This document shows positions 7,854-17,459 of a stretch of DNA of 64,000 nucleotides, piece after piece. The stretch's first letter is position 1; each line of letters opens with the position of its first letter. The stretch covers positions 73,819-137,818 of the forward strand of contig JBBRNJ010000011.1 in NCBI GenBank assembly GCA_038230375.1, in the 5' to 3' direction. The stretch is from Polyangiales bacterium (lineage in GTDB: Bacteria > Myxococcota_A > Polyangia > Polyangiales > Polyangiaceae). The notes under the pieces were generated by a model, which was not told the origin of the DNA, did not search any database, and saw nothing but the letters and a program-made list of their open reading frames with translations. The position numbers were made by a program, and so were the translations under genes.

Positions 7854-9292
7854 GCGAGGCATTCTGGGAGCGCGCGTTCCAGAGGTCGGGCGAGGCCATC
7901 CTGGCGCTCGACGGCGACGGGACCATCATGGAGCTGAACGACGCATTCCTGGCGATGTTCGGTGGAACCCGAACGGACTACGTCGGAAAGTGCTCCGCCG
8001 CGATCGTTCCGAAAGATGACGGCACGTGGGCGCAGCTCAAAGCGGATGGGCGCGTGCGTCGCGTGGTCACAACGACTACCGCGCGCGGTGACGATCTCGT
8101 GGCGGAGATCAGCGGAACCATGATCGAGCCCGCACGTGCGCTCCTCTTCGTTCGCGACGTCACGGAGCGTACGGTCCGCGAGCTGTCGGCTCAGCGCTAC
8201 CAGTTGCTGTCGCGGTACGCGAAGGACATCGTGCTGTTCCTCGGGCGCGATGGCCGCATCGTCGAGGCGAACGAAGCCGCGATCTACGCGTACGGGTACG
8301 GTCGTGATGCGCTCCTTGCGCTGCGGGTCCACGACCTGCGCGATCCGACCACCATCCACAACGTGGACACGCTGCTCGCCGAGGCATTCGAGGCGGGCGC
8401 GCGCTTCACCACCACACACAAGCGGAAGGACGGGACCACGTTCCCCGTCGAGGTGAGCTCACGAAGCGCCGTGATCGGTGGGCAGTGGATGCTGCTGAGC
8501 ATCATCCGCGACATCACGGACCAGACGGAGCTGCACGCGCAGCTCGTCCAGGCGGACCGGCTCTCCGCGTTCGGACTGATGGCCGCGGGCATCGCGCACG
8601 AGATCAACAATCCGCTCGCCTATGCCATGACGAACGGCGAGCTCCTGCAACGCACCATGGACCGCGTGAAGATCGAGCTCGCGGGCGCCACCCCCGAGAC
8701 CGCGCAGACCGTCGTCACGCGCGCGCTTGGCATGCTGCGCGAGCGCGAGCAGTCGCTCGAGACCATGCGCGAGGGGCTGGCTCGGGTGCGAACCATCGTA
8801 CGCGATCTCTCCACTTTCACGCGCGACGACAAGGCACCCCAGTTCGTGGACGTTCGCGCCGTTCTGGAGTCGACGGTGCGCCTCTCCCACGGCGAGCTGG
8901 AGCACCGCGTGCGCGTCGTGCGCGACTACGACAATGTCCCGCACGTGGTCGGCCATGCAGCGCGCCTCGGGCAGGTCTTCCTGAACCTGGTGATCAACGC
9001 AGCGCAGGCAGCCGAGGACGGCGGCACGATCGAGATCCGCGCGGAGTCCACCGATGATGCCGTCATGGTCGACGTGAAGGACGACGGCCCTGGCATTGAT
9101 GCCGCCCTTCGCGAGCGCATCTTCCAGCCGTTCTTCACGACCAAGGCTGCGGGGAAGGGAACAGGCCTCGGGCTCTACATCTCGCGCACGCTGGTCACGG
9201 AGATGGGCGGCACCATCACGGCACTGCCCTCCACACCCCGCGGGACCATCATGCGGGTGACGCTACCCCGCGCCCGCGCCGGGCATCCATGA
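7850..9292 (+). CDS. PAS-domain sensor histidine kinase
   Basis: Two PAS/PAC regions, AHEINNPL H-box, NLVINA N-box, DDGPG, FFTTK, GTGLGL. Confidence 0.93.
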   Translation: MSEAFWERAFQRSGEAILALDGDGTIMELNDAFLAMFGGTRTDYVGKCSAAIVPKDDGTWAQLKADGRVRRVVTTTTARGDDLVAEISGTMIEPARALLFVRDVTERTVRELSAQRYQLLSRYAKDIVLFLGRDGRIVEANEAAIYAYGYGRDALLALRVHDLRDPTTIHNVDTLLAEAFEAGARFTTTHKRKDGTTFPVEVSSRSAVIGGQWMLLSIIRDITDQTELHAQLVQADRLSAFGLMAAGIAHEINNPLAYAMTNGELLQRTMDRVKIELAGATPETAQTVVTRALGMLREREQSLETMREGLARVRTIVRDLSTFTRDDKAPQFVDVRAVLESTVRLSHGELEHRVRVVRDYDNVPHVVGHAARLGQVFLNLVINAAQAAEDGGTIEIRAESTDDAVMVDVKDDGPGIDAALRERIFQPFFTTKAAGKGTGLGLYISRTLVTEMGGTITALPSTPRGTIMRVTLPRARAGHP

Positions 9293-9308
9293 CGGGACGA
9301 CGCAACCC

Positions 9309-10223
9309 ATGACGACGCACGGCCAACTCGATCTGAACCACATTGCGGCGTTCGTACGCGTGGTGGAGACAAGCAGCTTCACCGCGGCGGCCAAGGCCCT
9401 TGGCGTTCCGAAGTCCAGCGTGAGCCGGAGCCTGGCGCGGCTCGAAGAGGAGCTCGGCACGCGGCTCCTTCAGCGAACCACGCGCAAGCTCTCCCTCACG
9501 GAGGCGGGCAAGGCTTACTTCGAGCGCGTGAAGGTGCTCATGGCCGGAATCGACGAGGCGAACGCAGAGGCGTCCGAGCTCGGACACAGCGCGCATGGAA
9601 CGGTGCGCATCACGGCGCCGGTGGACATGGGAGTCATGGTGCTCGCGCACATCCTGGCGCAGTTCGCGTTGCTCCATCCGAAGATCCATGTGGATCTGGT
9701 GCTCACGTCGCGGATGGTGAGCCTGGTCGAGGAGGGCTTTGACATGGCGTTGCGCGCCGGTCGACTGGTGGACTCGTCGCTGGTGGCGCGCAAGATCGCC
9801 AACACGGACTTCGGCGTCTTCGGCGCCAAGAGTTACCTGAAGAAGCATCCGTGCCCGCGCCATCCGAAGGATCTCGTGGACCACACCTGCATCCTCTTCC
9901 GCGGGTTGAAAGCCAGGAGTACGTGGTCCCTGTCAGGGCCCGACGGCCAGCACGAGATCACCGTCACCGGCAGCATCTCCGCCGACGACATGGCGTTCGT
10001 GAAGCGCGTTGCTCGCGACGGCCTCGGGCTTGCGCTCCTTCCGCTGTTCTCGTCCAGCGAAGAGGCGGAGGCGTCGGGCCTTGTCCGCGTATTGCCCGAC
10101 TACTGCCAGCGTGGCTCTCCCGTGCACCTGGTGATGCCCTCCTCGCAGTTCGTCCCCACGCGGGTGGCGCTCCTCCGCGACTTCATCATCGAAGGCGCCA
10201 AGAACGTGAAGTGGCACGCCTGA
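9309..10223 (+). CDS. LysR-family transcriptional regulator (CrgA/DmlR-like)
   Basis: FVRVVETSSFTAAAKALGVPKSSVSRSLARLEEELGTRLLQRTTR. Confidence 0.93.
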   Translation: MTTHGQLDLNHIAAFVRVVETSSFTAAAKALGVPKSSVSRSLARLEEELGTRLLQRTTRKLSLTEAGKAYFERVKVLMAGIDEANAEASELGHSAHGTVRITAPVDMGVMVLAHILAQFALLHPKIHVDLVLTSRMVSLVEEGFDMALRAGRLVDSSLVARKIANTDFGVFGAKSYLKKHPCPRHPKDLVDHTCILFRGLKARSTWSLSGPDGQHEITVTGSISADDMAFVKRVARDGLGLALLPLFSSSEEAEASGLVRVLPDYCQRGSPVHLVMPSSQFVPTRVALLRDFIIEGAKNVKWHA

Positions 10224-10247
10224 AACAGCAGCGCTGTTTTCCCGCGG

Positions 10248-11819
10248 CTAGTGGGCGCCGCTGGGTTCGCGTTGCTTGCCTCCCTTGCCCAGGAGCAGGA
10301 TGAGCGGGAGCGAGCAGAGCACGAAGGCGCCCACCAGGACGAACGTGTCGCCGTAGCTCATGACCGCCGCCTGAAGTCGCAGCGCGCCATCCAGCATCTT
10401 CACGGCACCTTGGTGCGCGGCCTCGGGCGCCATGCCGCGCGACTGGAAGCCGGACGAGAGGAGCGCGAGCCGCTGCTGGACGAGCGGTGACGTCACGCTG
10501 AGGGCGGGCTTCAACGCGTCCGTGTGGAACGCCTGTCGGTTCACCAGGAATGCAGTGAGGAAGGCAACACCGACGCTGCCGCCCAGCTGTCGCGTGAGGT
10601 TGTAGAAGCCGGTGGCGGCGGGAATATCCTTCTTCGGCAGCGGCCCGATGGTCGCGATGGAGAGCGGAAGAAACATGAACACGGTACCGATGCCGCGGAG
10701 GATGAGCGGCCCTTGCAGATCGCCGGTCCCCGTGGTCGCGGTCAGGTGCGAGAGCCACCACATGGTGAAGATGAGGACGCTGGCGCCGAAGCCAATCAGG
10801 ATGCGCGCGTCCACCTTGCTCGTGAGCTTGCCCACGAACGGCATGGTGAAGGCGGAGGCAAGCGCACCGGGCATGAGGAGCAACCCGGTGTCCTGCGCGG
10901 TGAGTCGCAGCACGGACTGACAGAACACGGGAACGGCGAACATGGCGCCGTAGAGCGTCACGCCAAGGACCAGGGAAAAGGCGCTGCCGGCGGCCAGCGA
11001 TCGATGACGGAGCACACGCAGGTCCACGACTGGGTAGGCGACCGTCAACTGTCGCCAGATGAAGAGCGCAAGTCCGAGCACCATCGTGATCATGAGCACG
11101 ACGATCAACTTCGAGTCGAACCAGTCCTCGGATTGGCCCTCTTCCAGCACGGTCTGGAGCGAGCCCAGGCCCACACACAGCAGGACCAGGCCCGCCACGT
11201 CCACGCGCTTCTCGACGTTGAGCTTCTTCACGTCCACCGGCAGAACGCTGATCGCCATCATGATCGCGAGCACGCCAACCGGCAGGTTGATGAAGAAGAT
11301 CCAGCGCCAGTCCAGGTTCGTGACGATGTAGCCGCCCAGCGTGGGGCCGATCGCCGGCCCCGCGATCGCGACGACACCGAAGATCGCCTGGGCCATGCCT
11401 TGCTCCTTCGGCGGGAAGGTCTCGAACAGGATCGACTGTGCCTTTGACATGAGCCCACCGCCCGTGAGCCCCTGCAACACGCGCGCGAGCACGAGCATCG
11501 GCAACGTCGTCGCGAACCCGCAGAGTGCGGAGGAGAGCGTGAAGCCGATGAGGGAGAACACGAAGTAGTTCTTCTTGCCGAACGTGTCACCCAGCCACGC
11601 GGCCAGCGGCAGGATGATCACGTTCGCGATGGCGTAGCTGGTGATGACCCAGCCCACCTCTGGCAGCGTGGCGCCGAGCGACGCTTGCATCTCGGGCAGC
11701 GCGACGTTGACGATGCTCGTATCGACGATCTCCATGAGAGCGCCGAGCGCCACGGTCATCGCGATGAGCCACTTCTGCGAAGAGCTGGGATACCCCAGAG
11801 CTATGGCGCCGCTGCTCAT
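10248..11819 (-). CDS. emrB: DHA2-family MFS multidrug efflux permease (EmrB/QacA)
   Basis: D.SIVNVALP, WVITSY, GPTLGG, WRWIFFINLPVG, RQLGGSVG; many transmembrane segments. Confidence 0.92.
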   Translation of the reverse strand: MSSGAIALGYPSSSQKWLIAMTVALGALMEIVDTSIVNVALPEMQASLGATLPEVGWVITSYAIANVIILPLAAWLGDTFGKKNYFVFSLIGFTLSSALCGFATTLPMLVLARVLQGLTGGGLMSKAQSILFETFPPKEQGMAQAIFGVVAIAGPAIGPTLGGYIVTNLDWRWIFFINLPVGVLAIMMAISVLPVDVKKLNVEKRVDVAGLVLLCVGLGSLQTVLEEGQSEDWFDSKLIVVLMITMVLGLALFIWRQLTVAYPVVDLRVLRHRSLAAGSAFSLVLGVTLYGAMFAVPVFCQSVLRLTAQDTGLLLMPGALASAFTMPFVGKLTSKVDARILIGFGASVLIFTMWWLSHLTATTGTGDLQGPLILRGIGTVFMFLPLSIATIGPLPKKDIPAATGFYNLTRQLGGSVGVAFLTAFLVNRQAFHTDALKPALSVTSPLVQQRLALLSSGFQSRGMAPEAAHQGAVKMLDGALRLQAAVMSYGDTFVLVGAFVLCSLPLILLLGKGGKQREPSGAH

Positions 11820-11829
11820 GGAAGGGCCC

Positions 11830-13050
11830 TCAGCGACGCGTGTCGACGACGGCTTCCACGCTCATGCCCGGACGCAGCAGGAGCTCGGGCGGCGGCTCCT
11901 TCAGCTTGATGCGGATCGGTATGCGCTGGACGACCTTGGTGTAGTTGCCCGTGGCATTGTCGGGTGGCAAGAGCGAGAAGCGCGCGCCGGTGGCAGCGGA
12001 CACGCTCTCCACCTCACCCTGGAGGTGCACGCCCGGAAAGGCGTCGATCTCCACGTCCGCGGGCTGGCCCTCACGCATCTTCGTGAACTGCGTCTCCTTG
12101 AAGTTCGCGGTGACCCACACGTGGCCGGTGGGCGCGAGCATGGCGATGGACTGCCCGTTCTGCACCATCTGGCCCACGGCGATCGCCTTCTTCGAGACCA
12201 CGCCGTCCTGCGGGGCAATGATCTTCGTGTACGTGACGTCGAGCGTCGCGAGGTCCCGCGTGGCCTTTGCCGTCATGACCTGTGCGTGAGCGGCTGCTGC
12301 GCGCGCCTGCGCCTGATCGATGTACGCCTGCACATCACTCGCGACGTCGTAGCGCGCGGACGCCTCTTGCACGTGGCTCTGCGCGCTCTGCACCGACGAG
12401 CGCAGCGCATCAAGGGACGCCTTCGCCTGGTCCGCGTTTGCGCGCGCTGAGTCGTACGCCGTCTGGGCGGTGTCGACCTGGCCTTGCGCGATCGCGCCGG
12501 TGGAGAAGAGCTGCTTCGAGCGCGAGATATCCAGCTCTGCCTGCTTCAGGTTTGCGGCCGCGACCGCCGCACGCGCCTGCGCGACGTTGATCTGGTTCTG
12601 CGACTCGGCGACCGCGGCCGACGCGCCCGACAGGCTCGCGCTCGCGACGTTCTTCTGACCCTTCGCCGAGCGAACCGCGATGTTGGCGTCGGCATCTGCC
12701 ACCGTGGCGTTCGCCTCCGCGGCCCTGAGCGCGGCGTCTGCCTGGAGCAGGCGCGCACGCGAAGGCTCCGGATCGAGCTCTGCCAGGAGATCGCCCGCCT
12801 TCACCTTCTGGTTGTCCGTGAAGGCCACGCGCGTCACGACGCCCTGCGTGCGGGATGGCAGGCCCACCAGGTCGCCATCGATCTGCGCATCGTCCGTGGC
12901 CTCGCGGCCCACGTGCCTGACGTAGTAGGTGCCGCTGCCGAGCGCGACCGTGAGGAGCAGCACCCCGAGCACGATGGTGCGACTGGTCCTGGGCCTGGCC
13001 GCTTCGGGCGCGTCCGCGACCGCGGGTTCCTTGGTTGCGACTTGTTCCAT
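11830..13050 (-). CDS. emrA: HlyD/EmrA-family membrane fusion protein
   Basis: TDDAQID, VKAGDLL, WVTANFKETQ, FSLLPPDNATGNYTKVVQRIP; ATG at 13050. Confidence 0.92.
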   Translation of the reverse strand: MEQVATKEPAVADAPEAARPRTSRTIVLGVLLLTVALGSGTYYVRHVGREATDDAQIDGDLVGLPSRTQGVVTRVAFTDNQKVKAGDLLAELDPEPSRARLLQADAALRAAEANATVADADANIAVRSAKGQKNVASASLSGASAAVAESQNQINVAQARAAVAAANLKQAELDISRSKQLFSTGAIAQGQVDTAQTAYDSARANADQAKASLDALRSSVQSAQSHVQEASARYDVASDVQAYIDQAQARAAAAHAQVMTAKATRDLATLDVTYTKIIAPQDGVVSKKAIAVGQMVQNGQSIAMLAPTGHVWVTANFKETQFTKMREGQPADVEIDAFPGVHLQGEVESVSAATGARFSLLPPDNATGNYTKVVQRIPIRIKLKEPPPELLLRPGMSVEAVVDTRR

Positions 13051-13098
13051 GGGGTGTGGCACTTTGGATGCTCCGGAACGGGGCGCGTTGCGCACTAA

Positions 13099-13115
13099 CG
13101 CAACGATAAGTTGCG
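13099..13115. promoter_or_regulatory. Candidate TetR operator CGCAAC-N5-GTTGCG between emrA and the divergent TetR gene
   Basis: Inverted repeat in the divergent promoter region. Confidence 0.55.
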
Positions 13116-13179
13116 ATTATAGACCCTGCGATGCTCGAACGCCGGGATTTTCCGACTGGACCGGTGATAGACTCGGGCT

Positions 13180-13848
13180 GTGAGGGCAGAGAGGCGACCG
13201 AGGCTCGGAGGCAGGAGCGCACGCGTCGTGAGGGACGTGCTCTCCGCCACCCTGGACGAGCTCTCCGAGCACGGCTTCGGCGCGCTCTCGATCGAGACCG
13301 TCGCTCAGCGCGCGCAGGTGAACAAGACGACGATCTACCGGCGATGGCCCACCAAGGAGGCGCTCGTGCGCGCCGCGTTCGTGGCATCGGCGGACGAGGC
13401 GCCGAGCCCGCCCACGGACGGGCCCGTCCGTCAGCTCCTGGTCGGGATCCTGGCCCGCGCCACGGACAAGCTCGCCACGCCCACGGGCCGCTCGATCATG
13501 CGGATGATGGTCGCGGACGACGTTGCGCCGGAGCTCCTCGAGATCATGGAAATGGTGCGCGAACGCCGGCTCTCGTCGCTGCGTACGTCGCTCGAGCAGG
13601 CCAAGCTTCGTCGCGAGCTGCCGCGAGGCCTCGACGCCGAGCTGCTCTTCTCGATGCTCGTCGGAACGGTCTACTATCGGCTCTTCGTCCTGAAGAAAGC
13701 CGTGCCGCGGGCCTACATCGAGGACCTGGTCGATCTCACGCTCCTCGGCCTCACGACGGAGGCAAAAAAGAAGCGCCCCCGCGTCCGCAAAGCCCGCCCC
13801 ACGACCCGAAAACCACGCCCGGAAGCGAGGCCAAGACGCCGCCCTTAG
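13180..13848 (+). CDS. TetR/AcrR-family regulator with basic C-terminal tail
   Basis: RPRLGGRSARV, LSIETVAQRAQVNKTTIYRRWPTKEAL; divergent from emrAB. Confidence 0.9.
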   Translation: MRAERRPRLGGRSARVVRDVLSATLDELSEHGFGALSIETVAQRAQVNKTTIYRRWPTKEALVRAAFVASADEAPSPPTDGPVRQLLVGILARATDKLATPTGRSIMRMMVADDVAPELLEIMEMVRERRLSSLRTSLEQAKLRRELPRGLDAELLFSMLVGTVYYRLFVLKKAVPRAYIEDLVDLTLLGLTTEAKKKRPRVRKARPTTRKPRPEARPRRRP

Positions 13849-13991
13849 AAGGCCGGTGTTTTTCGTCGATCCCTTCGCGCTGGGCGCGTTTTTCGGTCCG
13901 GTGCGTGCTCACGACCGAGAGGTCGTTCCGCGCGCTCCTCCCGAGAAAACGCGTCCATCGCTCGGTCTCGACGAAAACCATCCGGCCTTCT
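13847..13991 (+). other. 145-nt nested imperfect inverted repeat (rod-like hairpin with GAGA tetraloop); structured RNA or MITE
   Basis: AGAAGGCCGG/CCGGCCTTCT termini; TTTTCGTCGA/TCGACGAAAA; CGCGTTTT/AAAACGCG; ACGACC-GAGA-GGTCGT apex. Confidence 0.7.
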
Positions 13992-14054
13992 CGTGTGTCG
14001 CTCTCGCTCAGCTCGTCGCTGTTGCTCTCGCTTCGCTCGAGCACTGAGTGGACG

Positions 14055-14176
14055 CACAGCACTGTGGGTTGTTCAGTGGGTTGTTCGGCTACATAATAAT
14101 TAGTAATAACAATGAGATAGTGGAAATCGACGCAGGAAATTGTACGGATGTTCAGTGCTGAACGTATAACACGGGC
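14055..14176 (+). promoter_or_regulatory. AT-rich promoter with direct repeats and a LexA-like box
   Basis: GTGGGTTGTTC twice (14064, 14076); TTGTAC-GGAT-GTTCAG (14140-14155); GTTCAG-TG-CTGAAC palindrome; TATAAC at 14165. Confidence 0.55.
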
Positions 14177-14485
14177 ATGCACAACACTCTCACTGTCCTT
14201 CGGGCCATTGTTCGCCTCTCTCGCAGCCGCTCCAACATCACGCTCGACGCGCTGACGGAGCGCTCTGCGGGCACCCCGATGGAGACCCGCGTCGCGGTCC
14301 GCTTCCTCGTGGAGGAGGGCCTCGTGCTGCTCACCGATCGCGGTGTGCGACCCACGCTTCCGGGGCTCGCCATCGCCGTTGCATCTGGCGCCACGCGGGC
14401 ACGCAGCGATGTCGCGAACCGTGCCTCGTCCGACGCGCGTGGGAAGGTCGGCAAGAAGGTCGACCGGGCCCGCCGCGCAGCGTGA
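14177..14485 (+). CDS. Small basic putative winged-helix protein
   Basis: Helical N-terminus, 'VRFLVEEGLV...VRPTLPG' wing-like motif; promoter immediately upstream. Confidence 0.6.
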   Translation: MHNTLTVLRAIVRLSRSRSNITLDALTERSAGTPMETRVAVRFLVEEGLVLLTDRGVRPTLPGLAIAVASGATRARSDVANRASSDARGKVGKKVDRARRAA

Positions 14486-14498
14486 TAACCATGGGCGC

Positions 14499-16337
14499 GT
14501 GACAGAGGCGGAGAAGACCTCCCTTCGCGAGGAGTACGTCCGCGCCAAGGAGGAACGACAGCAAGCCCTGTCGGCCCTGAAGGTGCGGGACCGCGCGGTG
14601 TCCATGGTCCGCGTCCTCTGCATCGCCGCCGCCGCCGTTGGCCTCGCGGTCAGCGTGTGGTCATCCGCTCCAGCCATCGGCACGGCGCTCACCGTGGGCG
14701 GCGTCCTCCTCTTCATTGCGCTCGTCGTCGTGCACGTGAAGCTGGATGAGAAGATGCATCGCCTTGGCGCTGCGGTCGGCTACTACGAGCGCGGCATGCT
14801 CCGCATCGACGGAGACCTGGGCAAGCTTCCGCGCACGGGCGAGAAGTACCTCTCCGCGAAGCATCCGTACGCGGACGATCTTGACGTGTTCGGCCCCCAG
14901 TCATTGTTCTCGCTCGTCGACTCCACGGAGACCTTGTTCGGCGAGGAGACGCTCGCGCGCTGGCTCAATGGCGAGTCCCATTCCAACGACGTGCTGCGCG
15001 CGCGGCAGGAGGCGATCCGTGACGCGGCCTCGCGCGGCCGTCTGCGTGAAGAGTTCGCCGTGACGGGCGCGCTGATCGGCGAGGACAAGCCGGATCCGCG
15101 GCCGTTCGTCGCGTGGGTCGCCAAGGAAGAGGGCGCGCTCCTTTCCCCGCCGTTCGTGCTCCTCGCGCGCGCGTGGCCAGTGGTGAACATCGCCGCGATC
15201 GCGCTCGGGCAGATGAAGCTCGTGCCCGCATGGGCGTGGGTCGCACCCGTGGTGCTGGGCGTCCTGGTGTCGCGCGTGGTCGGTGTCCGCACGCAGACAA
15301 TCGTGCATGCTGCATCCACCAAGCAGTCCGGTCTTCGACGCTTCGCGACCCTCTTCTCGCTCCTCTCGCAGGAGAAGCTCGAGGCCGCGCATCTCAAGAA
15401 GCTCCAGGAGGAGCTGTCCCGCACGGGCGCCACTGCAAGCGTGGAGATGGACCGCCTCGGGCGCATCGTCGGCTTCCTGGATGCCCGTGAAAATGAGGTG
15501 TTCAAGGCCCTCATCGCCCCGGCGCTCCTGTGGGATCTGAACTGCGCCATCTCGCTCGCGGCGTGGAAGAAGCGCGTCTCGGGTCAGATCACCACGTGGT
15601 TCCGCGTCCTCGGAGAGGTGGAGGCGCTCTTCTCGCTCGCAGCATTCCTGCGCGAGCAGGACGTGGTCTTTCCGGAGCTGTCCGACGAGAACGTCTACAC
15701 GGCCGAGGTGCTCGGACACCCGCTCATTCCGCGCGCGCGCCGCGTCCCCAACGACGTGAGCCTCTCGCCGGCGCTGGTCGTGACGGGCTCGAACATGAGC
15801 GGCAAGTCCACGCTGCTCCGCACGCTGGGCGTGAATGCCGTGCTCGCGCGCATGGGCGCACCGGTGTGCGCGAAGAAGCTCGTCATCGGGCCGCTGCAGA
15901 TCGCCACCAGCCTGCGCGTGCGGGACTCCCTGGGCGACGGCGTGTCGCGCTTCTACGCGGAGCTCTCCAAGATCAAGCACGTCGTCGAAGCTACCCACAA
16001 GGGGCCCACGCTGTTCTTGCTCGACGAAGTGCTCGCAGGAACGAACGCGCGCGAGCGCATCGCGGGTGCAAAGGACATCGCACGCGACCTCATCGATCAC
16101 GGCGCCATAGGGGCGCTCTCCACGCACGATCTCGAGCTGTGCAAGCTGGCCCCCGACCTCGCGCCAGACGGCGAGAAATCAGGCACGCGCGTCGGCGTCA
16201 CGAACGTCCACTTCGAGGAGCAGGTCAGCGGCGAGGTGATGACGTTCGACTACAAGCTGCGTCCCGGAGTCGTCACGACGAGCAACGCGCTCCGCCTGAT
16301 GAAGGCGCTCGGTCTGCCGGTCGGCAAGGACCCGTAG
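14499..16337 (+). CDS. Membrane-anchored MutS-related ATPase (domain V, lacking the mismatch-recognition domain)
   Basis: HPYADDLDVFG, TGSNMSGKST Walker A, DSL.DGVSRFYAEL, LLDE..GTN, STHD, FDYKL; N-terminal and central hydrophobic helices; GTG at 14499. Confidence 0.88.
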   Translation: MTEAEKTSLREEYVRAKEERQQALSALKVRDRAVSMVRVLCIAAAAVGLAVSVWSSAPAIGTALTVGGVLLFIALVVVHVKLDEKMHRLGAAVGYYERGMLRIDGDLGKLPRTGEKYLSAKHPYADDLDVFGPQSLFSLVDSTETLFGEETLARWLNGESHSNDVLRARQEAIRDAASRGRLREEFAVTGALIGEDKPDPRPFVAWVAKEEGALLSPPFVLLARAWPVVNIAAIALGQMKLVPAWAWVAPVVLGVLVSRVVGVRTQTIVHAASTKQSGLRRFATLFSLLSQEKLEAAHLKKLQEELSRTGATASVEMDRLGRIVGFLDARENEVFKALIAPALLWDLNCAISLAAWKKRVSGQITTWFRVLGEVEALFSLAAFLREQDVVFPELSDENVYTAEVLGHPLIPRARRVPNDVSLSPALVVTGSNMSGKSTLLRTLGVNAVLARMGAPVCAKKLVIGPLQIATSLRVRDSLGDGVSRFYAELSKIKHVVEATHKGPTLFLLDEVLAGTNARERIAGAKDIARDLIDHGAIGALSTHDLELCKLAPDLAPDGEKSGTRVGVTNVHFEEQVSGEVMTFDYKLRPGVVTTSNALRLMKALGLPVGKDP

Positions 16338-16339
16338 AC

Positions 16340-17413
16340 TCATCCTCCGATGGAGCGGATGGAGACGTGCTTGGCACTGTCCTCCGTGCAGCCGCGGAAG
16401 ACCTCACCGTCTGGCTTCTGGCTCCACGCGCGTGCGATTTCTCGCGCGACCGCTTCCTTGCCGACGCTCGCGGCCTCGCGTGCGGACACGCCGTCCTCGG
16501 TCGCGAGGCAGGGGCGCAGCATGCCGTCGGCGGAGACGCGGAGCCGATCGCAGCCCTTGCAATACGTGTCTGTGGTGCCGGTGATGAAGCCGGCGCGCAG
16601 CGTGACGTCGTGGCGCGCGGCCACGTACTTCGCGGGGCCGCGGTTGGGCTCGCGCTCGGGAGTGACGTCGGTGAGCAGGTGCGCAAGGCGCGCGCGCATG
16701 TCGCTGTAGGGGACGACCTTGTCCTGCATGAGGGCGCCGTCGCCAATGCCCATGATCTCCAGGAAGCGAGGCGTCATGCCGCGCTCCCAGGCCCACAAGG
16801 CGAGCTGCGGTAGTTCGTCCTCGTTCTCGTCCTTCACGACGACCGTGTTCAGCTTCACCTCGTCGAAGCCCGCGCCGAGCGCTGCATCAATCCCGCGCAG
16901 CACCTTCGCGAGCGAGCCGCCGCGCGTGAGGCGCGAGAAGCGGTCCGCGTCGAGTGAGTCGATCGAGATGTTGATGCGTCGCAGGCCGGCCGCCCGAAGC
17001 GGCGCAGCGAGCACGTCCAGGCGCGTTGCGTTGGTGGTGAGCGCAACGTCGGAGAAGCCGGCGTCGGAGACGGCGCGGATGAACGCGACCGGATCCGGAT
17101 GCACGAGCGGCTCGCCGCCGGTGATGCGCACGCGCTCGATCCCGGCGGTCTTGAGGCCGGCGAGCATGGTCACGAACTCGGCGTGGCTCATGCGCGACTC
17201 GAGGTAGTCCTCGCTGCGCGACGGCCGGCAGTACACGCACGCAAGGTCGCAGCGGTCGGTGATGGAGATGCGCACCGACCGCGGGGCGACGCCAACGGCC
17301 ACGCCCGGCGCGATCTCCGCGTCGATCCCGGAAGAGATCTCCGGCGTGCCGGATGTCACCAATTTGAAGCCGCGTGTGATTCCGCGGGTGTTGAGGACGG
17401 GGAGGGCGACCAC
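16340..17413 (-). CDS. moaA: GTP 3',8-cyclase (radical SAM)
   Basis: RISITDRCDLACVYC, TGGEP, CKGCDRLR...PCL, C-terminal IGG; GTG at 17413. Confidence 0.92.
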   Translation of the reverse strand: MVALPVLNTRGITRGFKLVTSGTPEISSGIDAEIAPGVAVGVAPRSVRISITDRCDLACVYCRPSRSEDYLESRMSHAEFVTMLAGLKTAGIERVRITGGEPLVHPDPVAFIRAVSDAGFSDVALTTNATRLDVLAAPLRAAGLRRINISIDSLDADRFSRLTRGGSLAKVLRGIDAALGAGFDEVKLNTVVVKDENEDELPQLALWAWERGMTPRFLEIMGIGDGALMQDKVVPYSDMRARLAHLLTDVTPEREPNRGPAKYVAARHDVTLRAGFITGTTDTYCKGCDRLRVSADGMLRPCLATEDGVSAREAASVGKEAVAREIARAWSQKPDGEVFRGCTEDSAKHVSIRSIGG

Positions 17414-17459
17414 GATCGTGTTATATCCCGATACGCAGGCAACACCCCCGAGGTTTCGC

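Noticed and set aside
13847..13991. SRP (4.5S) or 6S RNA identity for the long hairpin
   Set aside because: Lacks the SRP GGAA/AGCAG loop motif; shorter than typical 6S and without a clear large central bubble; left unassigned.
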